Shown here piece by piece: positions 1 to 8,404 of a stretch of DNA of 64,000 nt. Positions within the stretch are counted from its first letter, which is position 1. The number at the start of each line of letters is the position of its first letter. The notes beneath the pieces were generated by a model. That model was not told where the DNA came from, searched no databases, and was given only the letters and a program-made list of their open reading frames with translations. Source of the stretch: a virus. The translations under genes were made by a program, and so were the position numbers. The stretch spans positions 32,001 to 96,000 of IMG/VR virus record IMGVR_UViG_3300031857_016023, one strand, 5' to 3'.

Positions 1-1465
1 AGATATTATATTCTTGATTTCCGTATTCACAATTAAAACCTAAATCCATAGCACGAACGGCACCTGATTCAGTAAAACCATAAACAACAAACGGAATGTT
101 CACTTTGCGGCAGAACATCGACAATACCAAAATCTGCTCAATAGAACCAGACATATTCTTTGACATTGAACCTGAACGGTCAAGTAACAATACCAGGCCA
201 TGCGATTTGCCTTTGGGTGTCATCATTACTTTACGGAAAATGTTGTCATCAAATTTGTACGATGATAATTTGTTAATGTCAATATCGCCTGTGTCAGACA
301 GTTTAGATTTACTAAATGCTTTGGCAGCCTTACGCATTTCAAATTCTTTCGCAAGTAGACCAATGTACCGCTCATTACGGCGTTTGAATTCATTGACCAA
401 CTCCATTGCTTTTTCTGGTTTAAGGTATTTCTCTTTAACGAACTTGGCATATTCTTTTGTCATCAACTCCTGAACTCGCTTCGCAGGTGTAATGATATTG
501 TTCATGTTTGGCTTAGGAATATCCACATACAAAAACTCTTTGCACTTATCATCAAGCAATTGCACTTCGTTACGGCGATAGTTTTGATCCGTTTCACAAG
601 TAGGGTCAAATTGGTCAACATCACCAGGATGAGATTCTTTATCGTGGTTAATGCTATTACCATTCTCTAATTCATCGTCACCTGGTTCTTCACCACCAGC
701 TTGACTGCGTTTAGATTTAGTATCGCCTTCTTCAAACTCATCACTTGGAGAATTGCCTTCACCTTTACCATCTTCATCATCTTCACCGTCATCACCATAG
801 TCAGAATCATAATCAGACATATCATAGCCGTCATCATCGCTTTCATCGGCCATATTCGCCATCATGTCATCATAATACTGTAATGCCATTTCATGTTGTT
901 CTTCTTTTGAATACTCATACACCTTGTTAGTGATACGAACAACATCGTCCCAGGTTTCTGCAGCCTGAACTTCTTTCACCAATAATTCTTCTTTAGCAGA
1001 GAATTGAATCCATGTGGAAGACCATTGTGATTTGCTGAATAGATTCAGTCGGTCAATAAATGGCATTTCGTTTACCTCACGACCTTTAATACCAAAGAAA
1101 TCACGGATATTTAATTCTTGGTATGCTTGACGGAAAGAAGAATTTAAACCAGGATATTTGCGTTTAACTTTCTTTTCGATACGAGCATCTTCAATGACAT
1201 TCAAAAAGTTTTTGTAATTTTTGTTCTTGTCATTGTCCATCACCGCATCGTGCCAACCTTCGGCAGGAGTATAGAGAGCATGACCAACTTCATGGCCAAC
1301 CAACAGGTCATAGATAATACCTGTCATGTTTTGCCAGATAGGCAAATAGAGAATACGATTCTTGGTATCAAATTTAGCGGTGTTGATTTTCTGGTGCTGA
1401 ACCGAAAGATTCTCGGTTGCCAGTAATTTCGCTAATTGGGATTTTTGTTCGGCAGTAAAAGACAT
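1..1465 (-). CDS. CobT-like metallopeptidase + vWA domain protein (runs off window start; absent from ORF track)
   Basis: Hand translation from ATG at 1465 gives MSFTAEQKSQLAKLLATENL...HEVGHALYTP (HExxH), NVIEDARIE, an acidic linker, then LLLDRSGSM (MIDAS DxSxS). GAGG RBS and a consensus promoter lie upstream. Confidence 0.85.
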   Translation of the reverse strand, partial: MSFTAEQKSQLAKLLATENLSVQHQKINTAKFDTKNRILYLPIWQNMTGIIYDLLVGHEVGHALYTPAEGWHDAVMDNDKNKNYKNFLNVIEDARIEKKVKRKYPGLNSSFRQAYQELNIRDFFGIKGREVNEMPFIDRLNLFSKSQWSSTWIQFSAKEELLVKEVQAAETWDDVVRITNKVYEYSKEEQHEMALQYYDDMMANMADESDDDGYDMSDYDSDYGDDGEDDEDGKGEGNSPSDEFEEGDTKSKRSQAGGEEPGDDELENGNSINHDKESHPGDVDQFDPTCETDQNYRRNEVQLLDDKCKEFLYVDIPKPNMNNIITPAKRVQELMTKEYAKFVKEKYLKPEKAMELVNEFKRRNERYIGLLAKEFEMRKAAKAFSKSKLSDTGDIDINKLSSYKFDDNIFRKVMMTPKGKSHGLVLLLDRSGSMSKNMSGSIEQILVLSMFCRKVNIPFVVYGFTESGAVRAMDLGFNCEYGNQEYNI

Positions 1466-1492
1466 AATACCCTCATTCATTATTATTTAACC

Positions 1493-1521
1493 ATTATAAC
1501 ATTACCCGGCCTGCCTGTCAA
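1493..1521 (-). promoter_or_regulatory. sigma70-type early promoter
   Basis: TTGACA-17 nt-TATAAT, a perfect consensus, 28 nt upstream of the ATG at 1465. Confidence 0.9.
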
Positions 1522-1527
1522 CCACTT

Positions 1528-1545
1528 TGTTGTATAAAAACAACA
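1528..1545. promoter_or_regulatory. Inverted repeat just upstream of the -35 box (operator-like)
   Basis: TGTTGT-ataaaa-ACAACA. Confidence 0.45.
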
Positions 1546-1595
1546 CTATATGGCGTAGACCTGGTCTATGTTAGTGAACACTTACTTACATTGAA

Positions 1596-1659
1596 TGGAG
1601 CGGTTAACAGGAGTTAAACCTGTCTGCCTACGGGGGTAGGCTGTTCTCGGACTCACCGC
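1596..1659 (-). ncRNA. Non-canonical tRNA-Gly-like RNA (64 nt, no D stem, encoded CCA)
   Basis: GCGGTGA GTCCGAGAACA GCCTAC CCCC GTAGGC AG ACAGG TTTAACT CCTGT TAACCGC T CCA. Acceptor stem has 6/7 pairs, T stem is 5 bp with a 7-nt loop, the anticodon-like hairpin is C-rich, discriminator is U73. TATAAT at 1670-1675 lies upstream. Confidence 0.75.
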
Positions 1660-1681
1660 ATGAAAGGATATTATACGCTAC

Positions 1682-2959
1682 TTATCGACCCACTTGAGGC
1701 AGATATTTAGCCTTTGTTTCTTCCCATGATAACACGGTAAGGTCATCATAGAAAAGAGTGTCAGAAGAAACTCTGCCTTTTTTAACCAACTGCTTGATTC
1801 TTGGTTTGGCGTGCTTCTCTTTCCATATATTACTTAGGCTTTCTACATCAGTATTAAACAACTTTTTCATATCTTTGCCATCATTATCGCCTCGGAGAAA
1901 TTCACAAGTCTTATCATACAGAGGCGCAAAGTAAATGCCTCTTGCATGTTCAGAACGAATCAAATCTTTTGGCACACTTAACTTAGCATAAGCAAAAGAC
2001 AATGAACGATTTTTGTGGTCACGCTTATGAGGTTGACCACTTGGTTTCTTTGCAACATACCATTCAAAATACTTCCGTGTATGATTCACTTTCAACCACT
2101 CACGAATCATATACCGAGTTTCTTGTAATGGTTCAAACGATACTGAACCTGAGGTAAAGCCCATTGGCTGCCAGAAATCCAGATTATCATATTGAGATAA
2201 ACCACCAGCTTTTGTTTTACCATAAAGTGATGTTGTTGTGATACTTACCAACTTATCACCATATAGTTTCTCCCATAATTGTTGTATGGGTGTGGCTAAA
2301 CAAAGCAAAGCCAACAATTTACCACCAACATAATTAAAACCAAGAGGTTGTAATGGCACAATCGTAGAACCAATTGCAGTATGGTTAATCATACCACCTT
2401 GTGTTTTCTTTTCTCTACTCCAACCAATAAAGTTATCTCTTGGTGTTAAATCTAAAAAGTCAGATGAAATACAAATAACACCAAGGTATTTCTGTGTTGG
2501 TTTATCTTTAACAATAAAGTTTAGATTACGACCAATGTTAGCATTGTTTTTCATTGTAGAAGAAAAGGTACGAATACAATTCCACAATTCAGGTAAGTCA
2601 TCCTGTTTATTCGCATACACCAGTTCAGGTTCTAATGCCAAGTATGCTTCGGGATCATTTGGTATCCAAAAGTTATTTTTTATTTCCTGAATAGCACGGC
2701 GTTGGCCTTCATCTTCCAATAATCGTTCTTCACCCCATAAAGTTTGTGATACGATAGATGGATATTTCTCCTGCACCTCACACCACTTCTGAAACAAGGT
2801 ATACTCTTTCACATCCATTTGTGAAACATAACCTAGTTCTTTAATGGTCTGCTCACGCAGTTCATCTTCGGTGAAAGACAATGGTTGAATTGGCGTTTGT
2901 TCTTGCCATTTTTGCCATTGGGTTTCTACATCATCTTTTGGATCAAAGCTGTATGCCAT
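1682..2959 (-). CDS. DUF4338 / Druantia DruA-like protein
   Basis: Motifs GRNLNFIVKD..LGVICISSD..RDNFIGW, VPLQPLGFNYVGGKLLALL and ITTTSLYG...SQYD. Confidence 0.7.
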   Translation of the reverse strand: MAYSFDPKDDVETQWQKWQEQTPIQPLSFTEDELREQTIKELGYVSQMDVKEYTLFQKWCEVQEKYPSIVSQTLWGEERLLEDEGQRRAIQEIKNNFWIPNDPEAYLALEPELVYANKQDDLPELWNCIRTFSSTMKNNANIGRNLNFIVKDKPTQKYLGVICISSDFLDLTPRDNFIGWSREKKTQGGMINHTAIGSTIVPLQPLGFNYVGGKLLALLCLATPIQQLWEKLYGDKLVSITTTSLYGKTKAGGLSQYDNLDFWQPMGFTSGSVSFEPLQETRYMIREWLKVNHTRKYFEWYVAKKPSGQPHKRDHKNRSLSFAYAKLSVPKDLIRSEHARGIYFAPLYDKTCEFLRGDNDGKDMKKLFNTDVESLSNIWKEKHAKPRIKQLVKKGRVSSDTLFYDDLTVLSWEETKAKYLPQVGR

Positions 2960-3533
2960 TGCCTGTCTTTTTATGGTTGCGAATTGCTTTTTTAACTATC
3001 TTATTTTGTTTTCGTTTAGCGACTTGTAGTGCGACTGGTCCTACATTGTCAGTAAATTTTTTACCATTCATGTGTTCTAATTCATGGACAAAACACCGAG
3101 CAGTTATTCCCTTTAATGTTGTTTGTTGTAATTCCCCATTTTCATCGGTATATTCAACAACAACTGATTCTGGTCTTGCTATTTTAAGATATAAACCAGG
3201 GTAGGAGAGGCAACCTTCATCTATTTTAACAACATCATCCAAAACCGATATTACTTTTGGGTTAATACAAGCCATTTGGAAATCATCAGTACCAATTACA
3301 AACACCCTTTCATATACACCGCATTGATTAGCAGATAATCCAATACCACCATAAAGTTTTCTGGTTAATTGTAACCGCTTAATCAAGTTTGACATATGTG
3401 GATTTGGTAGAGAACCTTTATACTCAGGCATTTCAGCAGCTAACATCGGATGATCACCTTCATATAAAGGTAATCTGTTTATAGGTTCTTCTACTATGCC
3501 TAAACCAGTATCAATTTTTAAAATATCATTCAT
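2943..3533 (-). CDS. def: Peptide deformylase
   Basis: All three PDF motifs: GIGLSANQ, EGCLS, HELEH. Confidence 0.95.
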   Translation of the reverse strand: MNDILKIDTGLGIVEEPINRLPLYEGDHPMLAAEMPEYKGSLPNPHMSNLIKRLQLTRKLYGGIGLSANQCGVYERVFVIGTDDFQMACINPKVISVLDDVVKIDEGCLSYPGLYLKIARPESVVVEYTDENGELQQTTLKGITARCFVHELEHMNGKKFTDNVGPVALQVAKRKQNKIVKKAIRNHKKTGNGIQL

Positions 3534-3712
3534 TTTTTAAACACCCACCTTTCTGCAAATCGTTCAGCTTCTTCTAATGTTTTAAACCAAGCATTTTGGT
3601 GATAATCACTAGAGGCTTCGAACATAATTATTTGATATGTGCCATCATTACATGGTAAAATATCTATGGTTCTTTCGTGACCATCTGTAATTCGTATTTG
3701 ATCTTTTGTCAT
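3530..3712 (-). CDS. Hypothetical protein (60 aa)
   Basis: ATGA overlaps with both neighbours. Confidence 0.7.
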   Translation of the reverse strand: MTKDQIRITDGHERTIDILPCNDGTYQIIMFEASSDYHQNAWFKTLEEAERFAERWVFKK

Positions 3713-5421
3713 TTTACAATCCTCGAAAAATTTTTCTCTTTATCGAATCGTATTACATTCATAAATTTGTCCTGTAATATATCTCCTTTATGTGAGATAA
3801 CAAACAGGTTTACACCTTCTAACATTTGTAGTATCTTCATCAATTCTTCTGTGCCATTTGTATCGAGGCTAGAATCAAATGTTTCATCAAGTATCAACAG
3901 ATTAGTATTTGATGAGTTCTTTAACTTAGCAACAGCACGCCAAGTTAACATCAATGCCATATCAATTCGTTGTTTCTCACCTTCACTAAAGTTATTGTAA
4001 GTAAACTCGTCACGATGCCTAGATTTAATTGTTTCTTTAAATGATTCATCTAAGTTAAAGTTTACAAAGAAATCTAGTGATGCTAAATACTTATTGACCA
4101 GTTTGTTGATGACTGGTAGATACTGCCTTACAATTTTTGTTTTGATGCCAGTATCTTTTAACAGATTACTTGCCACTTCATAATATGTTTTTTCTTCTAT
4201 CAGTTCTTTTAATGCAGCTTGCAACTCTGTCAATGAGTCCTTTAGTAATTTTAATTGCTGCTCTTCTAAGTCTGTCACTACTTTAGAATCCTTTAACTCA
4301 TCTACCAACTTACGCAAGCGAGCAATCATTTTGTTTGTTTCGGTAATTGTTGTATTGTAAGTAGCAATCTCAACCTGTTTTTTGTTAATGAGTTTTTGTT
4401 TCTCATTAATGTCATTCAGTTTTTCTTGTTCTTCATTTAGTTTGGTTTCTAACTGTGATAGACCGTGTTCACACTCACCAACTTTGGTGTCGAGGGTTTT
4501 AAGCTCTTCTTCTTTAAAAGAACTGGCAATGGCTTGCCTACATGTTGGACAATCATCATGTGATTGGAAGAAACTAATATCTTTGCGAAATTTGGATAAG
4601 TTGCTTTCAATTTGAGATTCAAGTTTTGTAATCTTCTTGACCTTAGCCTCTGTTTCAATCTTATTTGCAACCACAAATTGAAGTTCTTCCGTTTCGGCGC
4701 TGAGGGTCCCAACATTTGCGAGTAAGGTGGATACGGTATCATTATGCAATTGAATCTCATCATCATATTCTTTTACCTTATCATCATTATTCTGTTTCAA
4801 TTCTTCAATATGCTTTTTCTGCATATCGTGCTTCTGTGATGCTAAATCAATCTCATGTTTCTTTTCTGAGATTAGGTCTTTATTGTTTGATATTTTATCT
4901 CTAACCAATCCATTCATTGTAGAAAAGATTTGAATGTCTAATAAATCTTCAATGATAGCACGGCGGTCTGATGCCGACAACTGCATGAACGGAGTAAACG
5001 AAGCACTACCAAGAATTACAATCTGTGTAAATGATTTATAATTTAATTTAAGAATGTATTTCTCAAGTAACTCTTGGTAATCTCTACTTGCAGCTTCTTG
5101 ATTAATGAGTTCACCGTTGCAATAAATTTCAAACACATTTGGTTTGATGCCACGAACAATGCGATAGTTCTTGTTGTTGGTGTCGAGTGAAACCTCAACT
5201 ACACAATCTTTACCATTGATTGAGTTGACCAGTTGTGGTTTATTGATTGAACGGAATGGTTTACCAAACAAAGCAAAACACAACGCATCGAGCATTGTGC
5301 TTTTACCAGAACCATTTTCACCAACAACAAGAGTGTTTGGTGTACTGTCTAGTTTAATCTCTGTAAAATAATTACCTGTGCTTAACAGGTTTTTCCACTT
5401 AACATTACGAAATATAATCAT
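3709..5421 (-). CDS. gp46: Recombination endonuclease ATPase subunit (SbcC/Rad50-like)
   Basis: Walker A GENGSGKS, CPTC zinc hook, FSEGE signature, LILDE Walker B. Confidence 0.97.
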   Translation of the reverse strand: MIIFRNVKWKNLLSTGNYFTEIKLDSTPNTLVVGENGSGKSTMLDALCFALFGKPFRSINKPQLVNSINGKDCVVEVSLDTNNKNYRIVRGIKPNVFEIYCNGELINQEAASRDYQELLEKYILKLNYKSFTQIVILGSASFTPFMQLSASDRRAIIEDLLDIQIFSTMNGLVRDKISNNKDLISEKKHEIDLASQKHDMQKKHIEELKQNNDDKVKEYDDEIQLHNDTVSTLLANVGTLSAETEELQFVVANKIETEAKVKKITKLESQIESNLSKFRKDISFFQSHDDCPTCRQAIASSFKEEELKTLDTKVGECEHGLSQLETKLNEEQEKLNDINEKQKLINKKQVEIATYNTTITETNKMIARLRKLVDELKDSKVVTDLEEQQLKLLKDSLTELQAALKELIEEKTYYEVASNLLKDTGIKTKIVRQYLPVINKLVNKYLASLDFFVNFNLDESFKETIKSRHRDEFTYNNFSEGEKQRIDMALMLTWRAVAKLKNSSNTNLLILDETFDSSLDTNGTEELMKILQMLEGVNLFVISHKGDILQDKFMNVIRFDKEKNFSRIVK

Positions 5422-6488
5422 TCAGCTACTTCTGTATTCAATGCCTCAACATATAACTCTCGCATAAGAGTTTTTAATTTATCGGGTTCAACATCCAATT
5501 CCAAGTTATCAATATACTTAGAAAGAATTGTCATCGTATCTTCAGCCTGATCAATGATTTCTTGGTCATTATCAACTATCGTATCACTAAAATCTTCTAC
5601 AATGGATAAATCAGCAATACCAACCTTGTAAAGGTTATCTACTACATGGTCAAACAAAAATGGATTCTGTTTGTTCAACACCACAACTTTTACATAGGTA
5701 TCTTTTAGAGCATCAAACTCATATGTTTTCCACCAATCAAAGTCATAAGCAGTATCGTCATACACCACTTTGTTAAACATCGTAAATGGGTTGCGAACAA
5801 ATTCCAACTGCCTAGTTGATGTATCAAAGATATGAAAACCTTTTGGGTCATTGTAATCGGCCCATGTCATTTCATATGGTGTGCCCACATATACAATGTT
5901 ATGGTCTGACGATTTATGATGAAAATGGCCAGACAAAACAATATCATAACTCTTTAATAGGTCTTTGTCAATCCCTACTTCTGAAACATTGCCACGATCC
6001 ATTTCAAAACCACGAATCTCAAAATGCCCAAAAGCAATCTGTGAGCTAGAATCTTTCATCGCCTTTAGAATATGCTCGGCGTTCTCATCACACATCCAAG
6101 GTACAACATCAACTTGAACACCATCAAACTCTATTGTGGTAAATTCATCATAGTATTGGACATTGGAGTATTCATTCAATAATAGACCTGTTGAATTTAC
6201 TTCTAATGTATTTTTGAAAGCTACATCGTGATTGCCAAGAAGTGTGTGAACTTTAATGCCTAATTCTTTGCACTTATCAAAGAAATATTTACGGCATAGA
6301 TAGAGTGAGTTGAAATTAATAAACTTTCGTCTATCAAATAAATCACCCATCTGAAAAATAACATTGATATTATTTTCTACTAGGTATGGAAAAAACACTT
6401 CATCATAGAAGCGCTCAAAGTATTTGTGGAAGTCTAATGAATCACCTCGAGCACCGAAGTGTGTATCGCCAAGAATACAAATTTTCAT
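5418..6488 (-). CDS. gp47: Recombination endonuclease nuclease subunit (SbcD/Mre11-like)
   Basis: GDTHFG, GDLFD, GNHD and SGHFH metallophosphoesterase motifs; adjacent to gp46. Confidence 0.97.
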   Translation of the reverse strand: MKICILGDTHFGARGDSLDFHKYFERFYDEVFFPYLVENNINVIFQMGDLFDRRKFINFNSLYLCRKYFFDKCKELGIKVHTLLGNHDVAFKNTLEVNSTGLLLNEYSNVQYYDEFTTIEFDGVQVDVVPWMCDENAEHILKAMKDSSSQIAFGHFEIRGFEMDRGNVSEVGIDKDLLKSYDIVLSGHFHHKSSDHNIVYVGTPYEMTWADYNDPKGFHIFDTSTRQLEFVRNPFTMFNKVVYDDTAYDFDWWKTYEFDALKDTYVKVVVLNKQNPFLFDHVVDNLYKVGIADLSIVEDFSDTIVDNDQEIIDQAEDTMTILSKYIDNLELDVEPDKLKTLMRELYVEALNTEVAE

Positions 6489-6489
6489 A

Positions 6490-7119
6490 TCAATAATTAG
6501 TTACTTTATAATCGGACAAACAATATAAAGAATCACGAGCACCATCAAAAATTTTGTTGTAACCTATATCTTTCATTAGCTGGTCAAATTCACCACGATT
6601 GGTGCCTGTTAAATAATGTTCAAATGTTACCACTTCAGCCCAAACACATTTAGGTTTACAATCACCAACATTTTGAAATACTTTTAATTCAGCACCTTCA
6701 ACATCGATGTGAACAAAGTCAGGTATGACATTAAACCTTTTGCAAAATGTTTCTAAACGAATTGCTTTAGCATCATATGGTTCACCATAAATTTTACCAT
6801 GATTGTCTTGTGGATTTACTGTAAAGATACTGCCAGAATCTGGATGATGGTGGCCGTTTTGTGTTAGTGATGGATTAAATGGTATTGTTCCATCAACATG
6901 ACAAACAGCAGCATGAAAATAATGGATGCCATTATCAAATGCTCGTTTAGAATTGTTTTCATACCATTCATTCGAACATTCAAAGGCATAGATTTTAGCC
7001 CTTGGAATTTCTTGTCTAACTTTTATGGAATCATCCATATTCATACAACCAACATCAAAGAAAACAAAATTGTTCTCATCAAAATTTTGTTTGACCCAAT
7101 TTAAATTTAAATCACTCAT
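6490..7119 (-). CDS. FkbM-family methyltransferase
   Basis: FFDVGC, IYAFEC, HIDVEGAELKV. Confidence 0.8.
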   Translation of the reverse strand: MSDLNLNWVKQNFDENNFVFFDVGCMNMDDSIKVRQEIPRAKIYAFECSNEWYENNSKRAFDNGIHYFHAAVCHVDGTIPFNPSLTQNGHHHPDSGSIFTVNPQDNHGKIYGEPYDAKAIRLETFCKRFNVIPDFVHIDVEGAELKVFQNVGDCKPKCVWAEVVTFEHYLTGTNRGEFDQLMKDIGYNKIFDGARDSLYCLSDYKVTNY

Positions 7120-7294
7120 TTATTTTTACCTTTAAACTTTGTATTTCGTCTTTAAGCCTAAGTTTTCTTTTCTTAATCATGGTAACTAATCTATCTTCAC
7201 CATAATGTTTTATTTGTTCAGCTAATTGAACATCCAATTCATCATGTTCTTGCTGTAAATGTTTGATATGATTTTTTATTTTTTCTGCATCCAT
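7112..7294 (-). CDS. DUF465/YdcH-like small coiled-coil protein
   Basis: HLQQEHDELD...IKKRKLRLKDEI. Confidence 0.75.
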   Translation of the reverse strand: MDAEKIKNHIKHLQQEHDELDVQLAEQIKHYGEDRLVTMIKKRKLRLKDEIQSLKVKINE

Positions 7295-7426
7295 TTACCA
7301 CTCCAAAGCTTTAATATCTGACATATCACATGGGTTTTCTTTACTGCAATTCTTATGCACATAATAGATTAAAGGTACACAAGCGGTCATTGTAACACAA
7401 ATAAACAAAATAATCAAGCGTTTCAA
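7295..7426 (-). CDS. Putative 43-aa lipoprotein (not in ORF track)
   Basis: TTG start overlaps the gp55 stop. Translation MKRLIILFICVTMTA-CVPLIYYVHKNCSKENPCDMSDIKALEW. Its TAA abuts the next ATG. Confidence 0.6.
   Translation of the reverse strand: MKRLIILFICVTMTACVPLIYYVHKNCSKENPCDMSDIKALEW
7389..7417 (-). promoter_or_regulatory. sigma70-type promoter upstream of the DUF465-FkbM-gp47-gp46 genes
   Basis: TTGATT-17 nt-TACAAT. Confidence 0.55.
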
Positions 7427-7965
7427 GGCAAATCTTCTTCAATAAATTTTTCTAAACCTTTAGTCTTGCCTTCTTTCTTCTTGCGTTTATTTTCTTCAAA
7501 ATTGTAGATGAATTCGGAGATGTTTTCATAAAGTTCAAACTGCCTCATATTTCCGTTCTCATCTTCCATCATTTCAAACTCATCTAATATACCAAACTGT
7601 TCTGTTGCCTTATATTTGACATACAGTTGTTTCTTTTCTTTCATAATACGGCGAAGAAATGCGTAGTAGATGATCTGTGTAAAGTAAGCAAATGGGTTCT
7701 TTGATTTGTCAGGATCAAAGTTACGAAAATACATAAGGCAGTTTTCAATACCATCTGCAATCATCTCATCTCGGAAAGAATATGATATGAAGTTGGGTTT
7801 GCGTGACAGGTGGTCAGCAATCTTTAGAAAACACTCACCAATATAATTTGGTATTTGTGGATCTGGCTTGTTTTTCTTTTTGGCCTCATCACAAGCCTTC
7901 TTGTATTCAATCAATGCTGATAGAAAATCGGCATTGTTCACATAATGTTTAGTTGCTTTTGTCAT
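7423..7965 (-). CDS. gp55: Late-transcription sigma factor
   Basis: HYVNNADF, YIGECFLKIA, NFISYSFRDEMIADGIEN, NPFAYFTQI. Confidence 0.97.
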   Translation of the reverse strand: MTKATKHYVNNADFLSALIEYKKACDEAKKKNKPDPQIPNYIGECFLKIADHLSRKPNFISYSFRDEMIADGIENCLMYFRNFDPDKSKNPFAYFTQIIYYAFLRRIMKEKKQLYVKYKATEQFGILDEFEMMEDENGNMRQFELYENISEFIYNFEENKRKKKEGKTKGLEKFIEEDLP

Positions 7966-8404
7966 CTTCGCCTCTTTTTACGCTTGACATATGTAATAAT
8001 GGTGGTGTTCCGGTTGCAAGTAATTTATTACTAACTATATCCAGGAGCTTAAACACTCTCTTTCTATAATCAAATCCTAACATTGAAGCTTTCTCCCCTT
8101 TATTATAAGGTGGTGTTCTTCCTGTTGAGTGATACTGATCCGCTGTAATGTCAATTCTTTCTCCTTCTTTAGTAACTGCCCACCAATGCCAGATACCTTC
8201 ATCATCCAAACCACGGTATAACTTAATGTTCTTACTACCAAACAATTTCTGTAAACAAGCAGAAGCGGTATGACAATGACCAAACATAGGATTTGTAGAG
8301 TTTCTTTCCACCCACTTCTTAGGTAAAAGGTCTGGCGTTAAGTGTTTGGTAATTATATCACAAGCCTTATCTAAAAGCAAGCGGTTATATTCAAACATTT
8401 CCAT
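7949..8404 (-). CDS. Hypothetical protein, YunG-like with possible Cys-His-Asp triad
   Basis: GHCHTAS..LQKLFG, HWWAV, IDITADQY. Confidence 0.55.
   Translation of the reverse strand: MEMFEYNRLLLDKACDIITKHLTPDLLPKKWVERNSTNPMFGHCHTASACLQKLFGSKNIKLYRGLDDEGIWHWWAVTKEGERIDITADQYHSTGRTPPYNKGEKASMLGFDYRKRVFKLLDIVSNKLLATGTPPLLHMSSVKRGEDDKSN

Noticed and set aside
1596-1659. Canonical tRNA-Gly or tmRNA
   Set aside because: It has no D stem and no 7-nt anticodon loop. It also lacks the G3-U70 alanine determinant and a tag reading frame.
7984-8000. + strand TTGACA near TAATAAT upstream of gp55 (antisense promoter)
   Set aside because: The spacing is only 4-5 nt, which is incompatible with sigma70.
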